Notes: generated by a model from the sequence alone, not told the origin. A DNA stretch of 64,000 nt from the human T2T-CHM13v2.0 reference genome, Homo sapiens (GCF_009914755.1 NC_060942.1); one strand, 5' to 3'. Numbered from the stretch's first letter, positions 14,509 through 30,564 are shown. Numbers and translations: made by a program.

Positions 14509-16720
14509 AGTCTCCCATTAAAGAAAAGCTCAGGACTGATTGGCTTCACAGATGAATTCTACCAAACATTTAAAAAAGTACTAATGCTAATCCTTTTCAA
14601 ACTCTTCAAAAAAAATTGAAGAGAAAGGAATATTTTCAAATTCATTTTATGAGGCCAGCATTACCCTGATACTAAAACTGGACACAGACACTACAAGAAA
14701 AGAAAGTTACAGGCCAAAGTCCCCGATGAACATAGATGCAAAAATACTCAACAAAATACTGGCAATGCGAATTCAATAGCACATTAAAAAGATCATTCAC
14801 TATGGTCAAATGGGATTTATCCCTGGGATTCAAAACTATTGCAACATATGCAGATCAATAAATGTGATACTCTATATGTGGTTTTGATTTCACCCCCCCT
14901 CCTTCTCAATTATTTTCTCTGTCCTATACCATAAGTGTTTTTTTCTATATAGTCTTACTATCAGCCTTGAATCATGCTTCAGAAAAATTATCAATCTTTT
15001 TGCTTTTAAAGCTTATCGATTTGTTCTAATTCAAGAAACTTAAAAAACAATGGAATTTGGGTGATTCTGAGTGAATTGATTGGGGTGGGGCACAGGCATC
15101 AGTATCTTTTAAACAGTCCTCACATTTGCCTTCCCACTGGGTACCCCCTTACCTGATGAAATCCTGTTTACCCTCCAGGGCTCACCTGCATATCATTTCC
15201 TCAAGGACATCTTCCTGAAGAGTTTGATCTAAATCAGGTGCTCTCATAGCTCCCTGTTTCCTTTCTTTCTTTTTTTTTATTTTCTAATAAGACTAGATTT
15301 ATTCAATACCCTAGTAAAAGTTTTGATTATAAGTATCCAACAGTATAAAAAGTACAAAACAGATCTGTAGATTTCTAATATATTAATACAAAGTGCATGA
15401 CTACATACAGTACATCCTACAGGCAAAGAGAGGTGGAAGGGGAAAAAGAAGACTGTGGTTGAGGTCTAGTAATAAATAAATAAATACAGAAGTAGAGATG
15501 ATCCATATTATAGTATATTCTACCACCAATACTGCAGCCAAAATGTACAAAAAAATCATTTCAAAATAACTCAGGAGGATGATAATGGCTGGACTTTTGT
15601 AATTCGCCTCAAAGACTGTGGGAGAAGCCAACTCAACTCGCTGTATAGTCTGTGCATATGGTGGCTTGTAGCATGTAGGTTTTTTCCAAAAGAAGGAAAT
15701 ATAAAATGTTTAGATTAAGAACTATAAAACTACAGGGTGCCTATAAAAGGTGGCTTACTCCTTATTGTTATTATACTATCCAATTTTTAAAATGCAGTTT
15801 AAAAAATGAGCACTGAGTCTTGTTATTACAAGGCAGGCAAATGTTTCTCCCTCATTCTGAAAAGACCGAACTGGCGATGCTTTTCCTGAACATTTAGAAA
15901 AGAGGCAGTAAGAGTACTCTGGTTTAGGTTCAAGTGAGAGGCTTTTCATGAAAATCTTAGGATTGAAGAGCTCTAAGTTCAGGATATCTCAATGTTCAGA
16001 AAGCCTGACTAAAAGAAGCCAAACCAAAACCATTTAATGTGAACACAAACCTCTTTTCTTTTAGTAAGTTTTACTTTTAATACAGAGTGAAAGAAAATAA
16101 AAACTTAATAGGCTAAAACAAGTCAAACACCCATTCTACACAGATAAAAACCTTCACAAAGGTCAACTGAAGTAATCCAGAGCTGAAACTGAATTGTAAA
16201 GATTTTCAATGAAGTCACAGAACACAAACAAAAGTCGATTATATTTACACACTCAGCAAGCCCTCTAAGAAATGTGCCCCAAGAAGCATTAACCTTTGTT
16301 TTGTGCCATCCTGAGGACTTGTACATTTTATTTTTCAGATAGCTTAACATTTTTAATCGAGTGTGTTCTCTACCATGTGGTAATGCTTTGGTACTATTCA
16401 TACAGGGTCTCGCCTGTCCTAAAGACTTGCCATTTCCCCAAGAGGAGCTTTGATTCTGCTTTAGAAGTTTTACAAAAATTAAAATCTTTATCAAATATTA
16501 ATATGAAGGGAGGCACAGGATGCAACATATATAGTCAAGTTACCTCTCTGTATATTTAGAAGTTACTTTCTCCTCCAAGGTATTTGCAACAGAAAGCTCA
16601 GTCTGTCCTGCTTAATAATCAGTAGTACAGGTTTGAATCATCACAAGCTTGGCAAGACCTTAATATTTCAAAATCATTAACAACTACCTCTAGGGGCAAG
16701 TTCATGTTACTGAGTTATGA

Positions 16721-17068
<348 letters not shown>

Positions 17069-17415
17069 GCCAGCCATCTTAAAAATGCCCCAACCACTGC
17101 TTCTCAATACAGAAAGACTAAAAACTACATACAGTTTATCATACAACAAATCCCATCTCTGTCCCCTGAAATTCCCCTAGTTTCATTCATTAGAAGGGGA
17201 TTAAAAAAAAAAAGACTTAAAGAGTACTTTACAGCAGCATTCAGCTTTCCTATGAAATACTCAGCATCTTAAATATTATGTACCACTCTTTTTTTAGTAA
17301 GCTGGACACTGGCTTCAGAGTTTGTGGGACTAGGGGATATCAACCCATTCAAAACTACTGTAGAAATTGTGTTTTGGCAGAATAGCAGGTATCCAAGTTA
17401 AAAATAAGAGGGTCA

Positions 17416-17656
<241 letters not shown>

Positions 17657-18654
17657 GTCAGTTTGCTGCTTTGTGGTCTTTTCAAAATTCAGATTTTTTT
17701 TGTTCCCCTTCTACATAAAAACCTCAGTCACCACTCCTGAGTGGAGATGGGCAGAGGCTCTGGCCCCTGCTCCTCTGGCTTCTCGGCAGCTGCTTTCTTA
17801 TTGCTGCAGCAAGGCTTGAAGGGATGTGTGTCAATGAGGACTTCCCCAAAACGGCCTTTATAGTTGATCCCACAACATATCTTCTGTCTTTTCCAGTATG
17901 TGAGATCTAAAAAGGAAAAAACTGGTGTTCTGTTAGAACCAGAAGCCATCTCTGTATCTGAGCCGTCATCTGACTGGTTACTGTAACGAGGAGATGGAGC
18001 TGGGGAGGCACTTGAGGTGGTATTGTGAGCATCAGAATTATGACGTTTAAATTCCTTCTGCAGTTTACTGATCTGGTTGCTTTTTATCCTGTTCCCAGAT
18101 AGAGTTTTCACTTTCTTTGGTTTCAATGTAGTCTTTAGACTGGGTCCAGCCCTTGCATCTACCACATGATTCCAGTTTTTTTTTTTGATCCTGCTGGCAA
18201 CTTCTTCCATCTTTTCACAAGCAGGACACAGGCATTGCAGATGTCTCCTGAACGAGTCTCATGCAATCCAAAACAGCTCTGGAAGTCCTTTTCATAGCGT
18301 TTACTGTCAGTGAATCGAGAACTGGAGGACTTAGCTCTGCAAATACAGTAGCCCTCTATACTTCGGTACATCTTTGGCTTGTGAAAAACAAACATCTTTT
18401 CTTCTGGGTAATAGTCTTCCGTAAATCGCGCTTCCCCCTCCGGCACTCCGGTGACTGCTGAGAGAGACGCCGAGCCAGCAAATAAGAATGCTCCCTGGTG
18501 GATTTGTTGGTAAATAAGACATCTCGCGTCGGGGGCAGCTCGCCGGGGCGAGGGCGAGGACAGCAGGAGGTGAACCGCGTCGCTGGCCGCCGCCTCCCTC
18601 ACCTGCCTGTTTCCATTCTTAGAGCGTTGATCATATCTCTAATTCAGAGTTTCT

Positions 18655-19288
18655 TTATTATTATTATTATTATACTTTAAGTTTTAGGGTACATGTGCAC
18701 AATGTGCAGGTTAGTTACATACGTATACATGTGCCATGCTGGTGCGCTGCACCCACTAACTTGTCATCTAGCATTAGGTATATCTCCCAATGCTATCCCT
18801 CCCCGCTGCCCCCACCCCACAACAGTCCCCAGAGTGTGATGTTCCCCTTCCTATGTCCATGTGTTTTCATTGTTCAATTCCCACCTATGAGTGAGAATAT
18901 GCGGTGTTTCGTTTTTTGTTCTTGCGATAGTTTACTGAGAATGATGATTTCCAATTTCATCCATGTCCCTACAAAGGACGTGAACTCATCATTTTTTATG
19001 GCTGCATAGTATTCCATGGTGTATATGTGCCACATTTTCTTAATCCAGTCTACCATTGTTGGACATTTGGGTTGGTTCCAAGTCTTTGCTATTGTGAATA
19101 ATGCTGCAATAAACATACGTGTGCATGTGTCTTTATAGCAGCATGATTTATAGTCCTTTGGGTATATACCCAGTAATGGGATGGCTGGGTCAAATGGTAT
19201 TTCTGGTTCTAGATCCCTGAGGAATCGCCACACTGACTTCCACAGTGGTTGAACTAGTTTACACTGTTGGTGGGACTGTAAACTAGTT
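18655..19288 (-). mobile_element. 5'-truncated young L1 (L1PA2-like) with a tiny 5' inversion
   Basis: ORF2 C-terminus at 18874-19233 (...KHRIFSLIGGN), 3' UTR and (TTA)n tail. TSD ctaattcagagtttct at 18639-18654 and 19289-19304. Confidence 0.93.
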
Positions 19289-19294
19289 CTAATT

Positions 19295-19515
19295 CAGAGT
19301 TTCTAACCCTCTGCACCACTGACATTTTGGGCTGGATATAACTGTGTTCTGGTGGTCTGTCCTGTGCCTTGTGGGATGTTTTGCAGCATCCCTGGACTCT
19401 GCCCACTGGATGCCAGAAGCACCTCATCCCCAGATATGGCAACTGAAACTGTCTCCAAACATCGCCAAATGGCCCCAGGAGGGAACCTCTATCCCTCACT
19501 CCATTAGAACCACTG
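19295..19515 (-). mobile_element. MER20 (hAT-Charlie MITE)
   Basis: Matches MER20 consensus motifs (gacattttgggctggat, cagcatccctgg, agaaccactg). Confidence 0.8.
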
Positions 19516-19577
19516 CTCTAACACATGGTTATTTTATATGTAGTCTGTCTCCCCCCCATACTATAAACTCCAGCAGG

Positions 19578-19685
19578 GTGCTTGCTTTGGCAATACATAT
19601 ATACCCAAATTGGAATGATACAGAGATTAGCATGGCCCCTGTGCAAGGATGACACACACTTGTGCAGCATTCTACTAAAAAAAAA
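19578..19685 (+). pseudogene. U6 snRNA retropseudogene (probably RNU6-567P)
   Basis: gtgcttgctttggca...aaattggaatgatacagagattagcatggcccctgtgcaaggatgacac aligns to U6 with CpG decay and a small deletion. A tail at 19677-19685. No upstream PSE/TATA context; it sits in L2-like sequence. Confidence 0.93.
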
Positions 19686-19904
19686 CTGCAAAACCATCAG
19701 AAGAGCTTTCTTCTCTCCTAGATTCCCAAGGACATACCCCAATGCCTAGGCACATCCCAGATGGTGGACAAGAATTTGTTGAATAAATGAATGACTGAGA
19801 TGGCTAAGCCAGGATTTCACAGCTCTAATGACGGTGAAGACCACAGGTGTCAACAGCAGAGAAGAAAAGGAAGGAATACATCTGAGCCACATTTAGAGAG
19901 CAGA

Positions 19905-20071
19905 AATTAAATTTTATGGGAACACAGTCACTTCCATTCATTTGCATATAATCTACGGCTGCTTTTTGTGCTACAGAAGGCAGAGCTGAGTAGTTGCAAC
20001 AGAGACCACATGACTCATGAAGCTTTAAATATTTACTTTTTGACCCTTCACAAAAAGAGTTTGTAGACCCC
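19905..20071 (+). mobile_element. MER58-type hAT MITE
   Basis: gcagagctgagtagttgcaacagagacc...tttgtagacccct motifs. Confidence 0.7.
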
Positions 20072-20944
20072 CTTTTTAGAGATTGTGTTTAGAATATAAA
20101 TCCTAAGTAAACTATTATGAAAGTAGCTAAATGATTTTAATTATTTGCAAAACAGATTTCTATTTTTACACATTTTACCATTGCCCTATTTCTCACACAC
20201 ATGAGAAATTTGCATGCACAAACATGCATTGCAGAGACGTTCTTTCCTGATAAATAGTTTATCCTGTTACTGGATTTTTTTTTTTGAGGGGTTTTGAATG
20301 CCTTCCACTCCTCTTTTCCTAGAATGTCAGAACTTCTTTTTTTAAAAAATTTCAATCTTCTAGTTTTCTAAAGATTTTGTTGGGAACAAGGGAAAATTAA
20401 GAAAAAGGGTCTCAGTCCTCTGTGTAAAAAACTATTTTTTTTACAGCTTTTGTCATGCTAAAGACACAAATCTGTTTATTTTGTGGTTGCTGACGGAATA
20501 TATAAATTCTGTCTTGAAGATTGTGTGAAGCTTTCATAGTTCATTCGCTGATTCATTCAACAAGCATTAAGAAATGCCTTCTGAGCACTGGGCCCTGCGG
20601 ATGCAGAGATGCATAAAATGCATTCTTTGCCGGTAACCTACCAGCAGCAACAGACTGGAAGCAATTACCTGGAAGACAGCCTTGTTTGTGCTAAAATAAA
20701 GTGAAAATGGGAGTGCAGGGAAGTTCCAACCAAGGCTGCTTTACAGAATGGAAGGAAGCATAGGTTTTGTATCTTAAATTATACTTTTACTTGTTATTAA
20801 TAGATCCTAAGGTGCCAGTATCGTTGGTTAGAAAAAGTTTTACCCCCAAATCTAAAACTCAAATGTAGCATCAACTATAAGAATCATGTTTAATTATTTT
20901 CCACCAGTCCTCTCCCTATTAGCATGAAATATAAGAATCAAGTT

Positions 20945-21139
20945 GGCCGGGCGCAGTGGCTCACGCCTGTAATCCCAGCAAATTAGCCGGGCGTGGTGAC
21001 GGGGTGCCTGTAGTCCCAGCTACTCGGGAGGCTGAGGCAGGAGAACGGCGTGAACCCGGGAGGCGGAGCTTGCAGTGAGCCAAGATCGCTGGGCGACAGA
21101 GCGAGACTCCTTCTCAAAAAAAAAAAAAAAAAAAAAAAA
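20945..21139 (+). mobile_element. AluY with two internal deletions
   Basis: Junctions at 20980/20981 and 21089/21090. TSD aatcaagtt on both sides. A tail present. Confidence 0.9.
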
Positions 21140-21448
21140 ATCAAGTTTTATTTGATCATTTCCTGAAAATCCTCTCCTAACTGCTGCTGTTAGCACAGGT
21201 GATGTCCTTAGGATTGAGCTCTGCGTGCAGCATGGAACATCTGGGTACTCAGGAGAAGACTGTGGGATTCAGTACAGTTCTGGGTAATCGGGTACCTGCA
21301 TCTGAGTTCACATGTAACCAAGGTCTCTTCAGGAAGGGTACCTGAGGTTTGTGTCCTTTACTAAGTATCTCTTAGGTTCCAGCCCACTGAGCTGGCATCT
21401 TTTCCCAGACAGTATTATTTTCATGGGTGGAGTGAAATAAGGTCTGAG

Positions 21449-21826
21449 GCAGTGTTTCTGTCCTTGAATGTTGCTGTGTATTGGAATTACCTAGCGAGCT
21501 TTGAGTCCTGAAACCAGGCTACTTCCCAGACAAATTACAGTACAACATGGTGTCTGAGGGCAGGACCCAGACAGCTGTAGTTTTTAAGCTCCTTAAGTGA
21601 CTCCAATTTGCAGCCAAGTTTGAAATGGCTGCTATAAAATCAACAACTCTGAAATGTTAGCTTGCCCTAAAAGTTCCCACTGGGCCTGTTAAACAGATTG
21701 CTGGGCTCCAGCCCCAGAGTTTCTGATTCAGTGGGTGTGGGGCAGCTGGGGAATTTGCATTTCTAATAAGTTCCCATGTGATGCTGATGTGCTGTTCTGG
21801 GGGAAAACACTTTGAGAACCACTGCT
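21449..21826. mobile_element. Two adjacent MER5-type hAT MITEs
   Basis: gatt gctgggc...ttctgattcagt...ttgcatttctaa...tttgagaaccactg motifs. Confidence 0.7.
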
Positions 21827-22062
21827 TTAAATTAAAGTAATGAGAAGGAATGACTGTGGGAGAATAGTGGTTCTGCCTATTTCTTCACTAAGTTGGTCCA
21901 GTCTGCTTTTTGAAGAACGAGAGTGGAGAGGGTCAGGCTGGAGATGTTACTGCAGTAGTTACTGTGTGCCTTTAAGACATTCTTGGAATGATATATAACC
22001 CATCTTTAGAATGCACTTGCCCTATTTGGGAAAACACAGTACTTTTCAGGGTCTCTCACTTT

Positions 22063-22112
22063 GCCTCTCTCTCTCCCCCTTTCTTTCTCTCTCTCTCTCT
22101 CTCTGTCTCTCC
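22063..22112. repeat. CT-rich microsatellite
   Basis: (ct)n run. Confidence 0.8.
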
Positions 22113-22892
22113 CCCTTCCTAGAAAAAGCTTGAGAAGGGAAATTTGTTAAAATACTAAAGGGCATCTAAGGGAATCAGTTGCATTCAAAACACTTTTAAT
22201 GTTAGAGGAAATTTGACATGTGAAAAAGTTTTTGTAAATAGCGATCTTAAATGCTGTAGGTATTTCTGATGGTTTTTTTTTTTAGCCCTACGGGAACAAC
22301 TTGTAGCTAATAGCAGAAAGACTCATTCCACATTAAATAACAGTGAGTTCAAAAGTAATACTAAATACAACACAAATAAATAAACATATTTTAACTGTCT
22401 ATATTGACATCAGCAAAGAGCACCATGGCCACACCTTAATTACCTTAAGCATTTATGAAGCAGTCTCATACCACCCCAAACTGATTTTTCCTTCAGCCCA
22501 CCTCTTATGTGACATAAAACCAGATATTTATATTACATTCTAAATACCCTTTCAAACACTTCATATCCAACTGAAGGAATACTCTTCTTGCTAGTCATGA
22601 TTATTTAGCATCTTCTATTTATATATGCCATTTAATGAGTGAAAATTTCCCAGTGGCTGTGAAATTCTAGAAAGTAAATCAGAACAGAGGACACATTCAC
22701 TAGTAGATAATTACAGTCCCTGGAGAATTTATAACAACATAGATATTTTAGGAAGGAAGTGGTAAAGTCAATTAGGCAAAATCTACAGAAGTAAAATGGC
22801 AAGCTGGCCAGTGTTCTCTGAATTTGAGTCCTTATCCTCTGAAAACCCAAGAGCTCTTTGATGTGATGTTTTCCTTTTCCTTATTTAAAGAA

Positions 22893-23755
<863 letters not shown>

Positions 23756-24252
23756 CCTTTTCTTTTTTTATTCCTTCAAATGATTAATCTTTCTTTCCAC
23801 TCTCTGTTGCCTGTTTATACAATCCAAGGACACTTAAAAACTCCTTGCTATAAGAGATTATTCTTGTATGACTAAGAGTTTATAAATGATCCAGAGTTGT
23901 AGAAAGCAATCTGTTTTAAGAAGAAGAAGCAAGAAGGAGCAGAAAGAAGACATGCTTTGGAGTTGCCTTTCAGCAGTTCCGGCAGGTTGAATGTGAAAGC
24001 TAACATAGCCCCTTGCAAGGCTCTCGTGACTACTAACAGGGAAAATACAGAAGTGAGTCTGCTACTGAGTGGGTTCTCAGTCTGTAAATGTTGGTTCCTT
24101 CACTTTCAATTGCTTGAAGAGTTTATTTCCTTCAGCAAACATTTACTTAGAGACTTCTCTGTGGCATGTTTTGGGAATACAGAGATATGAAAGATAGTTC
24201 CTTCTTCTGGAGGACTTCATAGTGTAAAAGAAAGGTAGAAAAATAAACAGGC

Positions 24253-24646
<394 letters not shown>

Positions 24647-24985
24647 TCAAAAAGTTCAATTTAACAACAATTTATTGAGCATCTACTATGTTTTATATAT
24701 TATTCTTTGCTCTTGAGATGTATTTGTTACCATTAATAATAACAACAACCACAGTGAACCAAAAAGATCCCTGCCTGAGGAACCAGGGCAGGGTAGGTGT
24801 GTATGTGTACAGAAATAAACAGTAAACATCATAAGTTATATGACATTTATAAGTCAAATCCATGTTACTTTAGAGGGTAATAAGTAATAATGATAAGCTG
24901 TAGAAGAGAAAAGATCAGAGTAAGTAGGATGGGTCAGGTTGGGGCAGGCAGTTTACGATTTCACATAGGGTGGTCAGCGTAAGCA

Positions 24986-25928
24986 CAGCTGGCCCTTGAA
25001 CAGCATAGGTTTGAACTGTGTGGGTCCACTTACATGTGAATTTTTTTTTCAATAAATATATTGGAAAGTTTTTTGGAGATTTGTGACAATTTGAAAAAAC
25101 TTGCAGATGAACCACATAGCCTGGAAATACTGAAAAAATTAGGAAAAAGTTATGTTATGACTGCATAAAATATATGTAGATATTAGTCTATTACTTACTA
25201 TCATAAAATATACACAAGTCTTATAAAGGTAAACATTTATCAAAAAGTGCACACACTTACAGACCATATGTGGCACCATTCATAGTAGAGAGAAATATAA
25301 ATGAATGTAAAGATGCAGGATGGAATCATAACTGCATAAAATTAACTGTAGCACATACTGTACCACTGTAGTAATTTTGTATTCACCTCCTGTTGCTATT
25401 TCATGAGCTTAAGTGTTGTGAGTATCAGCTTAAAACTGTGTGACCCTAATCATCTCTGAGTGAGCAGTTAATCTCGCCAGTACATTGTGTATGGAAGTAA
25501 AAAGTGATGTCTCAAGGTTCTGGCACATTGTGTTTATTGCAATACCATAAACCTTGAATAACATCATGGGGCTCATACAAAGTGCCACCAGTGATTCTGG
25601 GAGCACTGCTGAGATGCAGAGAAACGTCAGACACGTCTTGTAAACAGGCAACATATTTATGGCATCAATAAATGCAGTATGGTATTGTGAATGTATTTCT
25701 TCTTCCTTATGATTGTCTTAATAATATTTTCTTTTCTATAGTTTGTTGTATGAGTATAGTCTCTAATATATTTAACATTAAAAATTGTGTTAATTGGCTG
25801 TTTACGCTATTGATAAGGCTCCCAGTCAACAGTAGGCTATTAGTAATTAAGTTTTTTGGGAGCCAAAAGTTATACATGGAGTTCTGGCTCCATAGGTTGG
25901 CACCCCTAACCCCTGCATTGTTCAACTG
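24986..25928 (+). mobile_element. Tigger2-family non-autonomous DNA transposon (Tigger2b-like) inserted in L2 remnants
   Basis: Left TIR cagctggcccttgaacagc; degenerate right end gcattgttcaactg; Tigger2 internal motifs. Confidence 0.8.
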
Positions 25929-27924
25929 TGGTCCTCATTGAGAAGATGATCTTTAAGCAAAGACTCAAAGGAAGTGAAGAAATTTACTAGGCTAATTTTA
26001 GAACAGACTGTTCCAGGAAGCAGGGATTTGTTGAGTATGCCTGGAGTATTCTAGGAAAAGCTGAAAGACCAGTATGGCTGGAGAAAGAACAAGAGAGAAA
26101 GAAGGAAATTATGGTCAGGAAAGGGAACAAGGCAGAGAGAGATCATTTAGGGCCTTAAAGATTGAAGAAAAATCAGTGTAACCTATGACATAGTTTTCAA
26201 CATTAACTGAATAAACACTATTCTCTACTTGTAATTTTCTATAACAGATATTTCTAATTTCACCATTACAAGTCAACAATCCTCAGAATTTTTGAAATAG
26301 ATTTCTGAATAATGCAGGGAGGATTGCTGACCTTATTAAACAGACATACTGAGGAACCTAGCTTTATCATGACAAGATTTAATAAGCAGTGATTCAAGAT
26401 AAACTTTGTGGAAACTGTCATTTCACTACTTTTTATCCTTCTTTCTACCTAATTAAATAAATGTTAATGGGTGGCCTAATGCTTTGTACCATCAAAAGCA
26501 TGTGATGTGTTTCAACAGCTCCTTTCCTTAAACATTGTTAGGTGCTATTTAACATATCATTTCACACAAGAATTTTACAATGGTTGAATTAAAAAATTTA
26601 GAGCTTTTAGTAACTTATTTTTTTATTTCCTGATTTCTCATCAAATATCAGGGAGGATACCCAAAAAGACAGAAGTAAAAAGAAATGTTAAGGAAGCAAA
26701 AAAATAGAAGCCTCAACCAAATGTGTCAGTTGTAACAAGAAAGTACATAGAACATCCCTCCCACCATTTTTTTGTTGATATAGATATTTTATTGGTGGTT
26801 GTCTGTTTTAGACAGTTGTGCTATATGAACATTGTTATTATTTTAAATGTTGAATTATAACAGAAGTATCAATATGTCACAAATTTTATAAACACACATT
26901 TGGAAAATGATACATTTTCCATTTACCATGGTTTATTTCTCCCTACTATTATTGTGTTTTTTGAGCTCTTTCTAATTTTTCTTAGAATAACTAATGATAT
27001 TGGGCACTTCTTCACAGAGAAAACATCCCTCTCTTTCTCTCACTGTCAATCTATTTATCATATTTTTCTGTGTATATGAAACAAATTCTTAACCTAACAG
27101 AAAAAAGGAAATTTACAAGGAAAAATATGTATTGTCTAAGAACATGCCCCTGGGCTTCTGACGCACCTGCTTTTGAATCCTGCCTCTTCTGTGAGACAAA
27201 CCTGCTTATTGCTGAATCTATTTAATATTTGAACTTATTATATATAAATTTACTATCTACCGCACAGAATCATAATGCAGAATAAATAAGATAAAAGTAA
27301 ACTATTTTATCACACCCCTTTTCAAAGGACAAATGTTTGACCTTCCAGCAATGTAACAATCTGAGCTTATGCAAATGGGACATCTTGTAAATGCTTATAA
27401 ACATAAAATGAGCTCAAAAGACTGTAATTTCCAGGACTAACGCCAAAACTGGAAATAAAAATGAGAATAGCAAGGAGACACTGAAAGCCCACAGTGATTG
27501 GGGACTGGGTATATGTGATGGCCAAATAGTGGTCGCAGGTGCATATGAAGTGAAAGAGCTCGGAGCAAGTGTCATGCCTGAATCTTAAACTTCAACTCCA
27601 CTCACTTTCCTTGAACAGTACTGGGAAGCCTGGATGGGAAAAACAAGTCAGCCATGAGGAATTTGTTCCTTTGGCCCTTTCTCAGATGCAAACGTAAAAT
27701 TTTCTTGTAACCCAAGGTACAGGAGACACTCATAGAATAATAAGTCACTGCTAAAGACAAACTCAAAAAATAATAAAAAATATTTCTACTATAAATATAT
27801 CAAAACATCCCATCGAAGAGCATAAATTTATACAATTATTATTTGTCAATTAAGAAAATCTAGTGAGGAAAGCAAATGATGTTGCAAAGATGAGTGTTAA
27901 TTGCATAGGAATTGGAAATACTAG

Positions 27925-28293
<369 letters not shown>

Positions 28294-28659
28294 AGTGAGA
28301 AGTAGATTTCAAGTAAAACAAAAGATTATGAAAAAGAAACAAGGGATTCGAAAATAAAGTCCTAGGAATGAAAAATAGGATCGCTAAAATTAAATACTCA
28401 ATGAATGTACTAACAGCAGACAAAATACAGATAGGAACAGAATTGTACAGGGATTGGTATATTTGAAGAAACTATATCCAAAATACACTGTGAGAGATAG
28501 TATCTGAGCAGATACAGGACACAGAATGTAGAATGCACATATGCCCGTGGGGCTGGGCATGCAGGCTAACATGACCAAGCAACAATTGGCCCTGTGTGTC
28601 TCTGTGTGTTTGTTTCCAGTTGCTGCTGGAACAAAGTACCACAGTTTCACCAGTTTGTT

Positions 28660-30564
28660 CATCATTGAATCAACATCATGCTATTTGAATACTGTGATTT
28701 CATAATGAATCTTGTTGGTAGTGAAAAAATTTCAAATCTGTTCTTAAAATTCGATCAGGTTTTTTGTTTTTTGGTCTTTTTCATTTCCATATAAAATTTA
28801 GAATCATCTTATTGATTTCCCCAAAACACCTGCTGGATGAATGGGGTAAGATTGAATATGTCGATAGATTTGGGGAAAATTGACGTCTTTACAAATGAGT
28901 CTTCAATTCATGAGCATGGTGTGTTCATTTATTTAGTTATTCTCTCAGCAACAGTTTAGTTTTCAGTAAATCAAAGGGCACGTCTTTCAATAAGTTATCC
29001 CTGTGTATCTGGTTTTTTGCATGCTGTTGTGTACGGTATTGATTTTTATTTTATTCTTCAATTTTTAAAAGTAATATGTACATATATACCATATGAGTTT
29101 GCATCCACCAACTTTGCTAAATTCTTTAAAAAATCTTATCGTTGGAGTTCTTTTGGCTTTTCTATGTATGCAATCCTGTCATCTGTGAATAATTACATGA
29201 TTACTTTTTTCCCAATAATTATACTATTTATGTATTTATTTTGGCCTTATTCCACTGGCTAGGTGTAATAGAGGTGATGAACATCTATGTTTTTTCTGAT
29301 CTCAGGAAGAAAGCTTTCAGTGATTTCTCTATTATGTATAATGTTAGCAGTAGGTTTTTTCATACATAATATTTATCAGAAGGAAGTTCCCTTTTAGAGT
29401 TCATTTGCTGAGAATTATTTTTTAATCATGAAATGATATTAAATTTCATCAAATGCATTTTCTGCATGTCATTTCTCTCATTTATTCTATCAATGTGGCA
29501 GAAATAAAGCTATTAGTTGCCAATATTGAGACAATTGAGGAAATTTGAATATGAGCTGTGTATTAGATAACATAGTTAAAGCAATCTTAATTTTTTTCAT
29601 TATGATGATAGAATTCTGTTTATGTAGGAGAGTGTCCTTGTGTCTAGGGTATACATGTTGAAATTTTTACATCTAAAACTTATTTTTAAGTACTTGTACA
29701 ATAAATAATATCTATCTCTGTATTGAGGTCCATGAAAACACATACAAGTTGTATCTCTCTCTCTCGTTATTTCTCCATCTCTCTATCTATCTACAAATGT
29801 AGCAAAATGCTGACAGTTGGTGAATCTAAGTGAACTGTAAGAGTGCCTGGAGTATTCCTTTAATCTTACTATAGGTTTGCAAACAAAAGACGTTTGGGGG
29901 AAAATAAGGATAAATCAAATGCAGATTTAATATTGAACTTTTTACCCTTTTAAGTAACTGTACTTTATTTCCATTGCAAAGGTAATATTTATAAAAGCAT
30001 TTGTATGTGAAACCCAAAGAAATCTCAATAAATCTAAAAACTGAAGTTAGAGACATAATTATCTTACCATATGAAATGAAATATAACTAAAAATTAGTTA
30101 TAATGTTTAACTATAATACAAACACTTTTAAAGTTTAAGTGAAAACTTTAATTATTATTTAGAAATTAGAAACAGAGATAACCATATCACAACATACCAA
30201 TTCCGAACAACCAGTAACCAGAGAAAAATTCACATCTTAAATATTTTATCTTGTTGTTACATAAGAAAGATTTAATAATGAACTAACATCCATTATATGC
30301 AATAAATATATACACCTATTATGTACTTTCATAAAAATTAAAGTTAAAAAATTAAAACACTCCATCCATTTTATGAATATACCACAATATGTTCATCTAG
30401 TCACCTGTTGACAGACATTTGGATTGATTTCAGTTTTGCTTATTACAAATAATACTGCTATGAACATCTGCATACTACTCATACGGGAATACATTTTTAT
30501 TAACTTATTTTTGGCAAATACTAGGAGCAGAATGGTTGTGCCATGTGGTAGGTATATATTTAAC
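28660..30564. mobile_element. Mosaic of ancient L1M fragments
   Basis: Degenerate L1 ORF2 and 3' UTR motifs on both strands. Confidence 0.55.

Larger units (their letters stand above)
9373..14868 (-). mobile_element. L1MA-type element with a 5' inversion (13866-14868 on + strand); hosts the ENTR1 retrocopy, an MST LTR and two Alus
   Basis: 3' end and tail at ~9375. ORF2 remnant at 13476-13751. Orientation switches at ~13866. TSD actctatatgtg at 9361-9372 and 14869-14880. Confidence 0.85.

Noticed and set aside
18396-18602. 69-codon in-frame open stretch upstream of the SINHCAF ATG
   Set aside because: It has no ATG start and is GC-rich 5' UTR sequence, where stop-free runs are expected. No evidence for an N-terminal extension.
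19578-19685. Functional U6 gene or U6/L1 chimera
   Set aside because: It has many substitutions, a deletion next to the ACAGAGA box, an A tail, no upstream promoter, and no L1 fused at its 3' end.
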